A program made the position numbers and the translations under genes. A stretch of 64,000 bases of DNA, taken from positions 136,058 to 200,057 of the forward strand of contig JARLIG010000009.1 of the NCBI GenBank assembly GCA_031291825.1, in the 5' to 3' direction. Under the pieces are notes generated by a model, which saw only the letters and a list, made by a program, of their open reading frames with translations, had not been told where the DNA came from and made no database searches. Position 1 is the first letter of the stretch. Each line of letters starts with the position of its first letter. The DNA comes from Minisyncoccota bacterium (GTDB taxonomy: Bacteria; Patescibacteriota; Minisyncoccia; Phycocordibacterales; UBA9973). Shown in pieces: positions 28,604 through 37,368 of the stretch.

Positions 28604-29251
28604 CTAAAAAGCTTCAAGTAAAAATTTTTCAAGGGCTGCTTCGGCGTCCTGTCCATTTTTTCTAGCTTCTGGTAAAAGATAGCTTAATCTTGAAATTAAA
28701 GTTTTTAATTGCTCTTCTTTGAATTTACTAAAGTTCTTTTTTAAAATCATATCTTTAACTTTCCAAAAAATGATGCCGTTAATTTCTTCCAAACTAGCGC
28801 CAAGGTCTATTGCTTGCCTAAAGTAAATCCAAGTATTTAATTTGTCCTTGTTGGCAAAGGCATTTGCTACCAAAAAATTATCAAATTTTTCTTTTTTTTC
28901 TTTGGGCAATTCAAAATAATTCAACTCCGCTCTGGCTTTTTTAAAAATATCTATAACAGGTTTGTTTAATTTGCCTTCTAAGAAGGCAAATACATTATTA
29001 GCGTCTCCCATAAGATTTAGTCTATCTAAAAGAAAATTTCTAGTTTCTTCGTTTTCTAAAATACCTGAAAAAACAATAGTAGATTTACCATAAAATAAAC
29101 CGGAACCAGAATACAAACTTTCAATTTGCATTGGATTAAAATTGTTTCTACTAATAAAAAGGGTTTCTGTATTTTGGGGTGTGGCTTTTATAAATTTTTC
29201 GTATACAGAAAATTTTTTTTCTGTATCATCACCATAAAAAAGATATATCAT
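28604..29251 (-). CDS. DNA polymerase III delta subunit (HolA)-like, short
   Basis: N-terminus MIYLFYGDD... and overall helical pattern resemble HolA. At 215 aa it is shorter than usual. Confidence 0.4.
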   Translation of the reverse strand: MIYLFYGDDTEKKFSVYEKFIKATPQNTETLFISRNNFNPMQIESLYSGSGLFYGKSTIVFSGILENEETRNFLLDRLNLMGDANNVFAFLEGKLNKPVIDIFKKARAELNYFELPKEKKEKFDNFLVANAFANKDKLNTWIYFRQAIDLGASLEEINGIIFWKVKDMILKKNFSKFKEEQLKTLISRLSYLLPEARKNGQDAEAALEKFLLEAF

Positions 29252-29254
29252 ATA

Positions 29255-29719
29255 TTAAAATAAAACTGATTTTTTGTATGCTAAATAAGGAGCACCATAT
29301 TTTTCCGCTAGAATTTTTTCCTCCTCTTCTAGAAAAATAAATTTAGCTATCAAAAAAGCAAAAAAGGAAAGGAAAATTACAAAAAAAGCATTGGCAATCA
29401 TTCCACAACCCAACATTAAAAAGAAAAGTCCAAAATTGGTTGGAGTTCTAGTAAAAGCATAAGGTCCATGAGAAAAAAATTCTTTATCGGGAGTGCCTTT
29501 TTGTAAACTTCGGGATGTTTTTTGTGCCCAAAAGACTAAAATTGTGCCGAGGATTAAAAGAACAATGCCAGTTGTTGCAACCGAACGACTAAAAACCTGC
29601 AAATTAAAAATTAAATCAAGGCAGATTGCGATCACAAACAAGAGAAAGTACGCAAAGTACGAATGGAATAAAACTTTATGCACTTTGTTTTTATGAAGTT
29701 GTGCTTTTTTGCCTTCCAT
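29255..29719 (-). CDS. isoprenylcysteine carboxyl methyltransferase (ICMT)/PEMT-family membrane methyltransferase
   Basis: Multi-TM protein with SHGPYAFTRTPTNFGLFFLMLG resembling the G.Y...RHP.Y.G motif. Confidence 0.5.
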   Translation of the reverse strand: MEGKKAQLHKNKVHKVLFHSYFAYFLLFVIAICLDLIFNLQVFSRSVATTGIVLLILGTILVFWAQKTSRSLQKGTPDKEFFSHGPYAFTRTPTNFGLFFLMLGCGMIANAFFVIFLSFFAFLIAKFIFLEEEEKILAEKYGAPYLAYKKSVLF

Positions 29720-29741
29720 TACCTTATTATATCACAATTTA

Positions 29742-32243
29742 CTATTTAACTTCACCAAAATTATCACCAAAACCAGAGTGAACTAAGAGTGGAATTTCTG
29801 TTTTATACTGTAAATATGACCTTTCTAGCACATGCTCCATAGCATTTTTTATAACCGCATCGGCTTGATCTAAAACTTTTTCATCTATTTCATAGACCAG
29901 TTCGTCGTGTATCTGAAGCACTAAGTGGGCTCTGTCTATCAACCCAGCTAAGGTCAAATCCTCTTCTGCATATCTAATTGCCAACTTTATAATATCTGCC
30001 GTGGCTGTGCCTTGAATTGGCGCATTGGTGGCAGTTCGTTCAGCCATATTTTTTAAAAAAGGAATTCTCGAATTTATATTTGGAAAATAACGTCTACGAC
30101 CAAACAATGTTTCAGTATAGGAATGTTTCATTGTAAATTCTTTTACGCTTTCCAAATAATCTCGCACACCAGAAAATTGATTAAAATAATCATCGTAAAA
30201 TTTTTGAGCTTCCGGACGCGTTCCCCCAAGATTTTTACGCAGAGCAGAAACCCCCATACCATAAATAATTCCGAAGTTTATAACTTTCGCCTTGCGACGC
30301 ATTTCAGCATCAACCTTATCTATCGGAACACCGAAAACAAATGAGGCGACTCCGGCATGAATATCTTTTCTCGCGCGGAATATCTGAGTCATGTTTTTAT
30401 CACCAGAAAGTATTGCGGCGACGCGTAATTCAATTTGACTGTAATCAAAAGCACAAAGCTTAAATCCACTGGGAGCAATAAATCCAGTGCGGATTCTCCT
30501 ACCAAGCTCTGTCTTAATCGGCAGATTTTGCAAATTTGGATCCTGTGAAGAAAACCTGCCAGTCGTCGTGCTGTTTTGTAAAAATTTTGCATGCAATCGT
30601 CCATCAACGCTAACCATTTGAGGAATTACATCGATATAAGTTGAGAGTAGTTTTTGTAATTCCCGATAAGCTAAAATTTCTTTAACGATTGGGTTGTCTT
30701 CCTCTAGTTCTTCTAAGACTGAAACTTTTGTAGAAAAAGAACCACTAGAATTTTTTTTCTTTGTTGTTTTAATACCCATCTTAACAAAAAGCACTTCGGC
30801 TAATTGCTTCGGTGAATTAATATTAAATTCCATTCCAGCTATGGAATAAATTTTTTTAGTAAGTGAATTTAGTTTTGTGTGATACTCTGTAGATAATTTT
30901 TCAAAATATTTTTTATCTATTAATATTCCATAATCTTCCATCTTTTTTACAATACTAATAATCGGTTTTTCTATTTCTTCGTAAATTTTTTCTAAGCTTG
31001 CCCCGCCTTGGCGTGGGGTTTTTTCTTTCAGTTGTTGAAAAATATATTCATAAGCTTTATCAAAAGAATCCGTTTTTGCGAAAAAAAGTATGTCTTCCAA
31101 GCTCGGAGTGGAAATATCTGAATTAATTAGCCAAAGAGCTATGCTGGCTTCTTGGAATTTTTTTGGGTCCACCAGAAGAGAGTGTTGCTCAGAGGAGTCT
31201 TCGCCCTCAGAAGACGAACCTAGAGAATTTTTGAGTGGTCTGGCCAGGGTTTGGGGCCCCGGAGAACCGAGGACCCGAGAAAATTCTACTGGGTTCGTCT
31301 TCTGGTCTTGGTTTCCAAAAAAACTTTTTAAACGTCCCAGCAAGCTCCTAAATTCAAAATCAGCAAAAACTTGTTCTATTTTTTTAGAATCAGCGTTTTC
31401 CCAAAAAGTTTTTTCGGGTAACACAAAATTTATCGGTGCATCTGTTCTAATCGTGGCTAATGTTTTAGAAAATAACGCTTCTTCTTCGTTATTTTTAAGC
31501 AAATCAATCATTCTGTCTGACACGCCCGCTTTTTTAAAACGTAATTCGTAATCTGTCATTCGCAATTGCTTATATATTTCTTCAATCGTGCCAAAATTTA
31601 TAATCAAGTTTTCAGCAGTTTTTTCACCGACACCTTTTATACCAATAATGTTGTCCGACGGGTCTCCACGCAGACCTTTGTAGTCTGGTAAAAGTTTTGG
31701 CTTAAAATTAAATCTTGCAACAACGGCCCCCTCATCATATAAAATGGTTTCATTTATGCCTTTTTTTAAGGTATAAACCTGCACTTTTTTACCATCCACT
31801 AGTTGCATGGTATCCATATCACCAGAAGCAATAATAATATTTATTTTTTTATCTTTTTTATATTTTTCAACAATTGTTCCCAAAATATCATCCGCCTCAA
31901 AACCTGACGCATCATAAATTGGTATATTAAAAGCTTCAAAAATTTGACGAGATTTTTTTAATTGTACAATGAGAGCTTCGTCTGTCTTTGCTCGTCCTGC
32001 TTTATATGCATCATAAGCTTCGTGCCTGAAAGTTTTTTGCGGTAAATCATAACAGGCAACAATATAATCTGGCTTTAACTCAGTAATAATTTTCATCAAC
32101 ATACTAGAGAGTCCATAAAGCGCACCTGTTGGTTCGCCCTTTATAGACAAAAACTCCGGCAGTGCATGATAGGCGCGATGTATTATTGCGTGAGCATCCA
32201 AGAGAACTAGTGTTCTACTGTTTTGTTCTTTTACTTTGGACAT
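29742..32243 (-). CDS. polA: DNA polymerase I (5'-3' exonuclease plus polymerase domains)
   Basis: N-terminal 5' nuclease (LLDAHAIIHRAYHAL, GIKGVGEKTA). C-terminal pol A motifs (DYSQIELR, RRKAKVINFGIIYG, HDELVYE). Confidence 0.9.
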   Translation of the reverse strand: MSKVKEQNSRTLVLLDAHAIIHRAYHALPEFLSIKGEPTGALYGLSSMLMKIITELKPDYIVACYDLPQKTFRHEAYDAYKAGRAKTDEALIVQLKKSRQIFEAFNIPIYDASGFEADDILGTIVEKYKKDKKINIIIASGDMDTMQLVDGKKVQVYTLKKGINETILYDEGAVVARFNFKPKLLPDYKGLRGDPSDNIIGIKGVGEKTAENLIINFGTIEEIYKQLRMTDYELRFKKAGVSDRMIDLLKNNEEEALFSKTLATIRTDAPINFVLPEKTFWENADSKKIEQVFADFEFRSLLGRLKSFFGNQDQKTNPVEFSRVLGSPGPQTLARPLKNSLGSSSEGEDSSEQHSLLVDPKKFQEASIALWLINSDISTPSLEDILFFAKTDSFDKAYEYIFQQLKEKTPRQGGASLEKIYEEIEKPIISIVKKMEDYGILIDKKYFEKLSTEYHTKLNSLTKKIYSIAGMEFNINSPKQLAEVLFVKMGIKTTKKKNSSGSFSTKVSVLEELEEDNPIVKEILAYRELQKLLSTYIDVIPQMVSVDGRLHAKFLQNSTTTGRFSSQDPNLQNLPIKTELGRRIRTGFIAPSGFKLCAFDYSQIELRVAAILSGDKNMTQIFRARKDIHAGVASFVFGVPIDKVDAEMRRKAKVINFGIIYGMGVSALRKNLGGTRPEAQKFYDDYFNQFSGVRDYLESVKEFTMKHSYTETLFGRRRYFPNINSRIPFLKNMAERTATNAPIQGTATADIIKLAIRYAEEDLTLAGLIDRAHLVLQIHDELVYEIDEKVLDQADAVIKNAMEHVLERSYLQYKTEIPLLVHSGFGDNFGEVK
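31208..31304. repeat. GC-rich palindromic element inserted in-frame in the polA interdomain linker
   Basis: Inverted arms cagaagacgaacctagagaatttt / aaaattctactgggttcgtcttctg. The core tggtctggccagggtttggggccccggagaaccgaggacc is about 80 percent identical at DNA level to the ksgA element but read partly in a different frame. Confidence 0.75.
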
Positions 32244-32261
32244 TACCTTAATTATACCATT

Positions 32262-32741
32262 TTAAACTAGCCTAGCCTTAAAAACTTTTTTAAACTCAAA
32301 AAATTTTTGTCCATTTTCATCTTCAGAGATATGAACAAATTTTGTGTTTGGTGGCATAACTTTTAAAACATTCTGTGGCCATTCAATAAAGATTATATTT
32401 TTCTCATCGTCTAATATCTCCTCCCAACCCAAAAGCAACAACTCTTCCTCGTTCTTAAGTCTATATGCATCTAAGTGAAACAAAAAATTATATTGCTTGT
32501 TTTTAATAGGGTACTTTTTCATAATCACAAAAGTTGGGCTGCTTACTCTGCCTTTTACTCCTAGATGTTTAGCTACTGTTTGAAAAAAGGCTGTCTTGCC
32601 AGCACCCAAATCTCCCACAAGCCCTACTACTAATGCACCCTGGTTTGGATTTTCTATGTTTAAAATTTCTTCAAGAAAAATAGCGGCTATTTCACTAGTT
32701 TCTTTTATGCTTTTTGAAGTTTTTGTGACCAACTTACGCAT
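32262..32741 (-). CDS. tsaE: tRNA threonylcarbamoyladenosine biosynthesis protein TsaE
   Basis: P-loop LVGDLGAGKTAF, SPTF, HLDAYRL motifs in a 159 aa protein. Confidence 0.8.
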   Translation of the reverse strand: MRKLVTKTSKSIKETSEIAAIFLEEILNIENPNQGALVVGLVGDLGAGKTAFFQTVAKHLGVKGRVSSPTFVIMKKYPIKNKQYNFLFHLDAYRLKNEEELLLLGWEEILDDEKNIIFIEWPQNVLKVMPPNTKFVHISEDENGQKFFEFKKVFKARLV

Positions 32742-32814
32742 GTTTTTATATTAACATAATTTAATATTTATAATATTATCTTTTACTATTAAAATAAGCT
32801 ATAATTTAGCATAA

Positions 32815-34512
32815 ATGGCTTTATTTGACGAAGAAAAACAAAACAAGCAACTAGACGAATTACACAAACAAGAAGAGGAAGAACTGGTTGCAACTTTGGC
32901 CGAATCAAAGTATGGTCTTCCTTATATTGATTTATATCGTTTAGGTATAGACAACGAAGCGCTTCGCGTAATTTCGGAAAAAGATTCTAGAGAAATGAAC
33001 GTAGCGCCATTTAAACTTTTTGGGAAAAATATTTTTATTGCCTTGCGTGTACCCAGTGAAGACCTTATAAAAAGACTCAAGGATGACATGGAACGAAAAA
33101 GTTTAGTTCCAACTTTTTATATGGCTTCCGCGGCCAGCATCAGTAAAGTCTGGGACAGATACAAAGAACTTTCGATGGCAGAAAGTTCCCAGGTTGGAGG
33201 AATAGATATTTCTGGAGACGTCTTAAGAGAAACAGTAAAAAAGATAGAAAAAATACAAGATATACAAAAAATGGTGACAGAGGCATTGGAAGGAAATAAA
33301 ATTCACAAAATTTCCCGCTTACTAGAAATTATTTTAGCTGGTGCAATTGCAATCAAAGCTTCAGATATTCACATTGAACCAGAAAAAGAAAAAGGTAGAT
33401 TGCGTTTACGTCTAGATGGTGTCTTACAAATAACTAATTATTTTGGCTTAGATGTTTACCGCCTACTTAACTCGCGAATCAAACTTCTCTCAGGCATGAA
33501 GCTAACTTCAAAAATAGCTCAAGATGGACGTTTTAATATCGAAGAAGGGGTGGAAGAAATAAGTATCCGTACTTCTTTAATTCCTGGAGCCTATGGTGAA
33601 TCAATCGTTATGCGTATTTTGGATCCGAAATCTATTCAGGTTAATCTAGAAGAGATAGGAATAGAACCACACCTTTTTTCTGTGATTCAAGAAGAAATTA
33701 CCAAACCAAACGGTTTAATTTTAGTCACTGGTCCAACCGGTTCCGGAAAAACAACCACTCTTTACGCATTCCTAAGAAAAATCTATTCGCCAGAAATAAA
33801 AATAATCACCATTGAAGACCCAATCGAATACCATTTACCTGGAATAACTCAAACTCAAACCAATGAAGAAAAAGGTTACACTTTTGCGGAGGGTTTACGC
33901 TCAGCTCTTCGCCAAGACCCCGACGTAGTGATGGTTGGAGAAATCCGCGACAACGAAACAGCCGAGACAGCTGTACAATCAGCCCTGACTGGTCATATTG
34001 TTTTCTCAACTCTACACACCAACAATGCTGCTGGTGTTATTCCTCGTCTAATTGACCTTGGAGTAAATCCGAAAATTTTAGTTTCTGCATTAACACTTTC
34101 AATCGCTCAAAGATTGGTGCGTAAACTATGCCAGTTTTGTAAAAAAGAAAAAGAAACTACGGGAGAAGAAATAAAAACATTAAAATCAATTATTGAAGGA
34201 ATGACAGCAGAAGGTAAAAAAATATCAGATTATGGCATAAATGCCGAAGCACCAATTAAACTTTTTGCTGCTGTCGGTTGTGATAAGTGCAATATGACTG
34301 GTTATAAGGGACGAATCGGAATCTTCGAAGCGATTCAAACAACTGAAGCAATCGAAAAAATAATGCCAGAAAATCCAAGCGAGCGCGAAATTAAAAAAGT
34401 CGCCAGCACGCAAGGCATACTTTCAATGCGTCAAGACGGACTAGTAAAAATGTTGAGTGGAATCACTTCGATAGAAGAAGTGCAAAGCGTGGTGGACTTA
34501 AATGAAGCTTAG
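32815..34512 (+). CDS. pilB: type II secretion/type IV pilus assembly ATPase (GspE/PilB family)
   Basis: N1/N2 domains, Walker A GPTGSGKTT, Asp box, His box, tetracysteine CQFC..CDKC motif. Confidence 0.85.
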   Translation: MALFDEEKQNKQLDELHKQEEEELVATLAESKYGLPYIDLYRLGIDNEALRVISEKDSREMNVAPFKLFGKNIFIALRVPSEDLIKRLKDDMERKSLVPTFYMASAASISKVWDRYKELSMAESSQVGGIDISGDVLRETVKKIEKIQDIQKMVTEALEGNKIHKISRLLEIILAGAIAIKASDIHIEPEKEKGRLRLRLDGVLQITNYFGLDVYRLLNSRIKLLSGMKLTSKIAQDGRFNIEEGVEEISIRTSLIPGAYGESIVMRILDPKSIQVNLEEIGIEPHLFSVIQEEITKPNGLILVTGPTGSGKTTTLYAFLRKIYSPEIKIITIEDPIEYHLPGITQTQTNEEKGYTFAEGLRSALRQDPDVVMVGEIRDNETAETAVQSALTGHIVFSTLHTNNAAGVIPRLIDLGVNPKILVSALTLSIAQRLVRKLCQFCKKEKETTGEEIKTLKSIIEGMTAEGKKISDYGINAEAPIKLFAAVGCDKCNMTGYKGRIGIFEAIQTTEAIEKIMPENPSEREIKKVASTQGILSMRQDGLVKMLSGITSIEEVQSVVDLNEA

Positions 34513-34809
34513 AAAATAAAAAAAGCATTAATCTCCAAACAATCCTTTTAAGGCTGGGCCTCAAAAGTAACAAAGAATTATAGGATAGTTCCAGTGAACT
34601 AATAAAAGTACCAAAACGTCCTATGCAAATTCGTATAACCGGTGGCTGATTGCTTAGAGATTAATGCCTTCTTGGCAAAACTCTCCCAAAACTATTTAAT
34701 TGGCTACAAAAAGATTATACTATATGCTATCTAAAGCAAATGATATAATGTTGATAGGGCTGTTAATACCCTGTTGATAAACATACTAACATCACCAATA
34801 TAGCATACT

Positions 34810-35862
34810 ATGAAACCAATGTCAAGTAAAAACACCGAAGAAAAAATAAAACTCGATTTAGACAAAACATCCAATGCAGATGAATCTTTTCTAGACCAAA
34901 CCCTCCGCCCAACTCATTGGGATGAATATATTGGCCAAAAGCATATAAAAGACAACGTTAAAATACTTTTACGGGCTGCGGAAGAGCGTGGGCATATTCC
35001 AGAACATATTCTTTTTTATGGACCACCAGGGTTGGGCAAAACTACTCTGGCACACTTGATTGCTAAGGAAACTGGCAAGCAGATGAAAATTACTTCTGGG
35101 CCAGCGATTGAAAAAGTTGGAGACTTAGCATCAATCTTGACCAACTTAGCGGCTGGCGACATACTTTTCATCGACGAAATTCACCGACTCAATAAAATGG
35201 TTGAAGAAATACTTTATCCAGCAATGGAGTCGGGTGTTTTAGATATTATTATCGGCAAAGGTCCTTCGGCGCGCACAATTCAGCTTGACCTTCCACCTTT
35301 TACCTTAATTGCAGCGACGACTCGCGTAGCCTTAGTTTCCTCTCCCCTTCGTTCACGTTTTTCTGGTGGAGTATTTAGGTTGGAATTTTATTCAAATGAA
35401 GAAATCGCTAAAATTATCGAGCGTTCAAGTAAACTTTTAAAAACCGAGCTAGACGAAGAAGCTTTAAAAGAAATTGCCAAGCGCAGTCGCTTTACTCCTC
35501 GCACCGCAAATTATTTTTTGAAACGCTGTCGAGATTTTGCACAAGTACATAAAAAAAGTTTAGACCAAAAAACTGTTAGAGAGGCATTGAACATGCTCGC
35601 AATTGATGAGATTGGTTTGAATTCATCCGACAGAAAATTTTTAGAAATATTAATTGAAAAATTCAACGGCGGACCAGTTGGATTAAAAACTATTGGCGCG
35701 GCAATGTCTGAAGAAGAAGCAACTGTGGAAGAAGTTATTGAACCATATCTGATTCAGCTTGGATTACTTGAACGCACAGCACGTGGCAGAGTTGCTACCC
35801 AAAAAGCATATGAACATTTAGGATTTGACGTTCCGGAAAGTTTACAAAAGAAATTATTATAA
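34810..35862 (+). CDS. ruvB: Holliday junction DNA helicase RuvB
   Basis: LRP..WDEYIGQ, GPPGLGKTTLA, DEIHRL, winged helix C-terminus. Confidence 0.95.
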   Translation: MKPMSSKNTEEKIKLDLDKTSNADESFLDQTLRPTHWDEYIGQKHIKDNVKILLRAAEERGHIPEHILFYGPPGLGKTTLAHLIAKETGKQMKITSGPAIEKVGDLASILTNLAAGDILFIDEIHRLNKMVEEILYPAMESGVLDIIIGKGPSARTIQLDLPPFTLIAATTRVALVSSPLRSRFSGGVFRLEFYSNEEIAKIIERSSKLLKTELDEEALKEIAKRSRFTPRTANYFLKRCRDFAQVHKKSLDQKTVREALNMLAIDEIGLNSSDRKFLEILIEKFNGGPVGLKTIGAAMSEEEATVEEVIEPYLIQLGLLERTARGRVATQKAYEHLGFDVPESLQKKLL

Positions 35863-35876
35863 AAAAAACAAACAAC

Positions 35877-36413
35877 ATGTCAGGACATAATAAATGGGCG
35901 CAAATAAAACACAAAAAAGCTATTACTGATTCCAAGAAAAGTAAAATTTTCTCTAAGCTTGTACGTTTCATTTCCGTAGAAGCTAAACTTTCAGGAGGAA
36001 AAGACTCCCCTGGTTTACGCGCAGCCATTGAAAAAGCAAAAAAGGTAAACATGCCTGCAGAAAACATTGAAAGGGCAATAAAGAAAGCGAGTGAGCCCGG
36101 AGCCCATATGGATGCAATTACTTATGAAACATATGGCCCGGGTGGGGTTGGAATAATTATTGAAACCTTAACTGACAGTAAAAACAGAACCGCGCAAGAC
36201 ATAAAACATATTCTGACCAAGAATGGATTTTTGTTGGGAGCAATTGGTTCCGTCACTTGGGGTTTTAAAAAAGAAAAAAGCCCTGAAGGACTTGTGTGGA
36301 CACCAAATATGTTTGTTCCTGTTTCTGACCAAGACTTAGAATTGCTAGATAAACTAGTAGAAGAGTTGGAAGAAAATGATGACGTGCAGGATGTTTATAC
36401 TAACGCAGAATAA
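35877..36413 (+). CDS. YebC/PmpR-family transcriptional regulator
   Basis: MSGHNKWAQIKHKKA start typical of the YebC family. Located between ruvB and ruvC. Confidence 0.8.
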   Translation: MSGHNKWAQIKHKKAITDSKKSKIFSKLVRFISVEAKLSGGKDSPGLRAAIEKAKKVNMPAENIERAIKKASEPGAHMDAITYETYGPGGVGIIIETLTDSKNRTAQDIKHILTKNGFLLGAIGSVTWGFKKEKSPEGLVWTPNMFVPVSDQDLELLDKLVEELEENDDVQDVYTNAE

Positions 36414-36587
36414 AAAAATCAGAGTAGAAGCAATAAAAGTCGTAGACTTTCATTTTAAATAATGAGGGAAGTCAAACGACTTTTAGATGGGTGGTGCTTT
36501 TGAGGGCACCGATATAAATAAACCCTATAAAACAGGAACTAATCTACTTCTATATTTTAGTCTTATATATAAATAAGGGCAAGAAAG

Positions 36588-36596
36588 TTATCCACA
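36588..36596 (+). promoter_or_regulatory. consensus DnaA box TTATCCACA upstream of ruvC
   Basis: Exact 9-mer. The 11-mer gttatccacag is identical to the site at 37103-37113. Confidence 0.5.
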
Positions 36597-36623
36597 GCCT
36601 TAAAAAATGTTAAACTTACTATT

Positions 36624-37100
36624 ATGAAAATTTTAGGTATTGACCCAGGCTTTGAAAGGCTCGGTGTGGCGGTTTTGGAGAAAAACAAAGGCGACAAGAA
36701 GGAAAAGGTGCTTTTTTCAGAGTGTTTTAAAACATCAGCTAAATTAGACTTTAATGAAAGATTGCTTTTAATTGGTGAAGAAGTCGATAGGGTTATAAAG
36801 AAATTTAAACCAGAAGTTCTTTCTATTGAAACTTTGTTTTTAACAACCAACCAAAAGACAGTTATGCACGTCGCTGAGGCTCGTGGGGTGGTTGTTTACG
36901 AAACTACTCGTGCTGGCCTCAAAATATTTGAAGCCTCTCCCCCGCAAATAAAGACAGCCACCACTGGTTACGGTAAGGCCAGCAAAGAACAGATAATAAA
37001 AATGGTGAAAATCTTGGTTGATATCGATAATTCTAAAAAATCTGATGATGAATTGGATGCGATAGCTATTGCTTTAACCGCCTTTGCTTGTTTGCGATAA
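36624..37100 (+). CDS. ruvC: crossover junction endodeoxyribonuclease RuvC
   Basis: MKILGIDPGFERLGVAVLE, catalytic Asp/Glu pattern, 158 aa. Confidence 0.9.
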   Translation: MKILGIDPGFERLGVAVLEKNKGDKKEKVLFSECFKTSAKLDFNERLLLIGEEVDRVIKKFKPEVLSIETLFLTTNQKTVMHVAEARGVVVYETTRAGLKIFEASPPQIKTATTGYGKASKEQIIKMVKILVDIDNSKKSDDELDAIAIALTAFACLR

Positions 37101-37103
37101 TAG

Positions 37104-37112
37104 TTATCCACA
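37104..37112 (+). promoter_or_regulatory. consensus DnaA box TTATCCACA immediately downstream of ruvC
   Basis: Exact 9-mer in the same orientation as the box at 36588. Confidence 0.5.
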
Positions 37113-37207
37113 GATTCTATTGCCAAGATTTTTAAATTTTGATACAAAGGAAGAAATTAATAGATTTTGTGAGTTGGTCGCTTAAAAATTAATAAAAAAT
37201 AAAAAAC

Positions 37208-37330
37208 ATGTACGACGAAGAGCCAGAAGAAAAAGATGAATTAAATTTAGATGATGATGGTGAGATGACTGACCTAGAACTTGAGGGAATCAACGACTAC
37301 GAAGAAGAAGATCCCGACAAAGACAGTTAA
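37208..37330 (+). CDS. small highly acidic protein (40 aa), hypothetical
   Basis: ATG..TAA ORF MYDEEPEEKDELNLDDDGEMTDLELEGINDYEEEDPDKDS directly followed by a strong terminator. No obvious SD. Confidence 0.25.
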   Translation: MYDEEPEEKDELNLDDDGEMTDLELEGINDYEEEDPDKDS

Positions 37331-37339
37331 CTTAAAAAT

Positions 37340-37368
37340 AAAAACACCCACTCGGGTGTTTTTATTTT
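37340..37368. terminator. bidirectional rho-independent terminator (acaccc actc gggtgt plus T-tract)
   Basis: Hairpin with U-tracts on both strands, between the small acidic ORF (+) and the tyrS 3' end (-). Confidence 0.7.
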
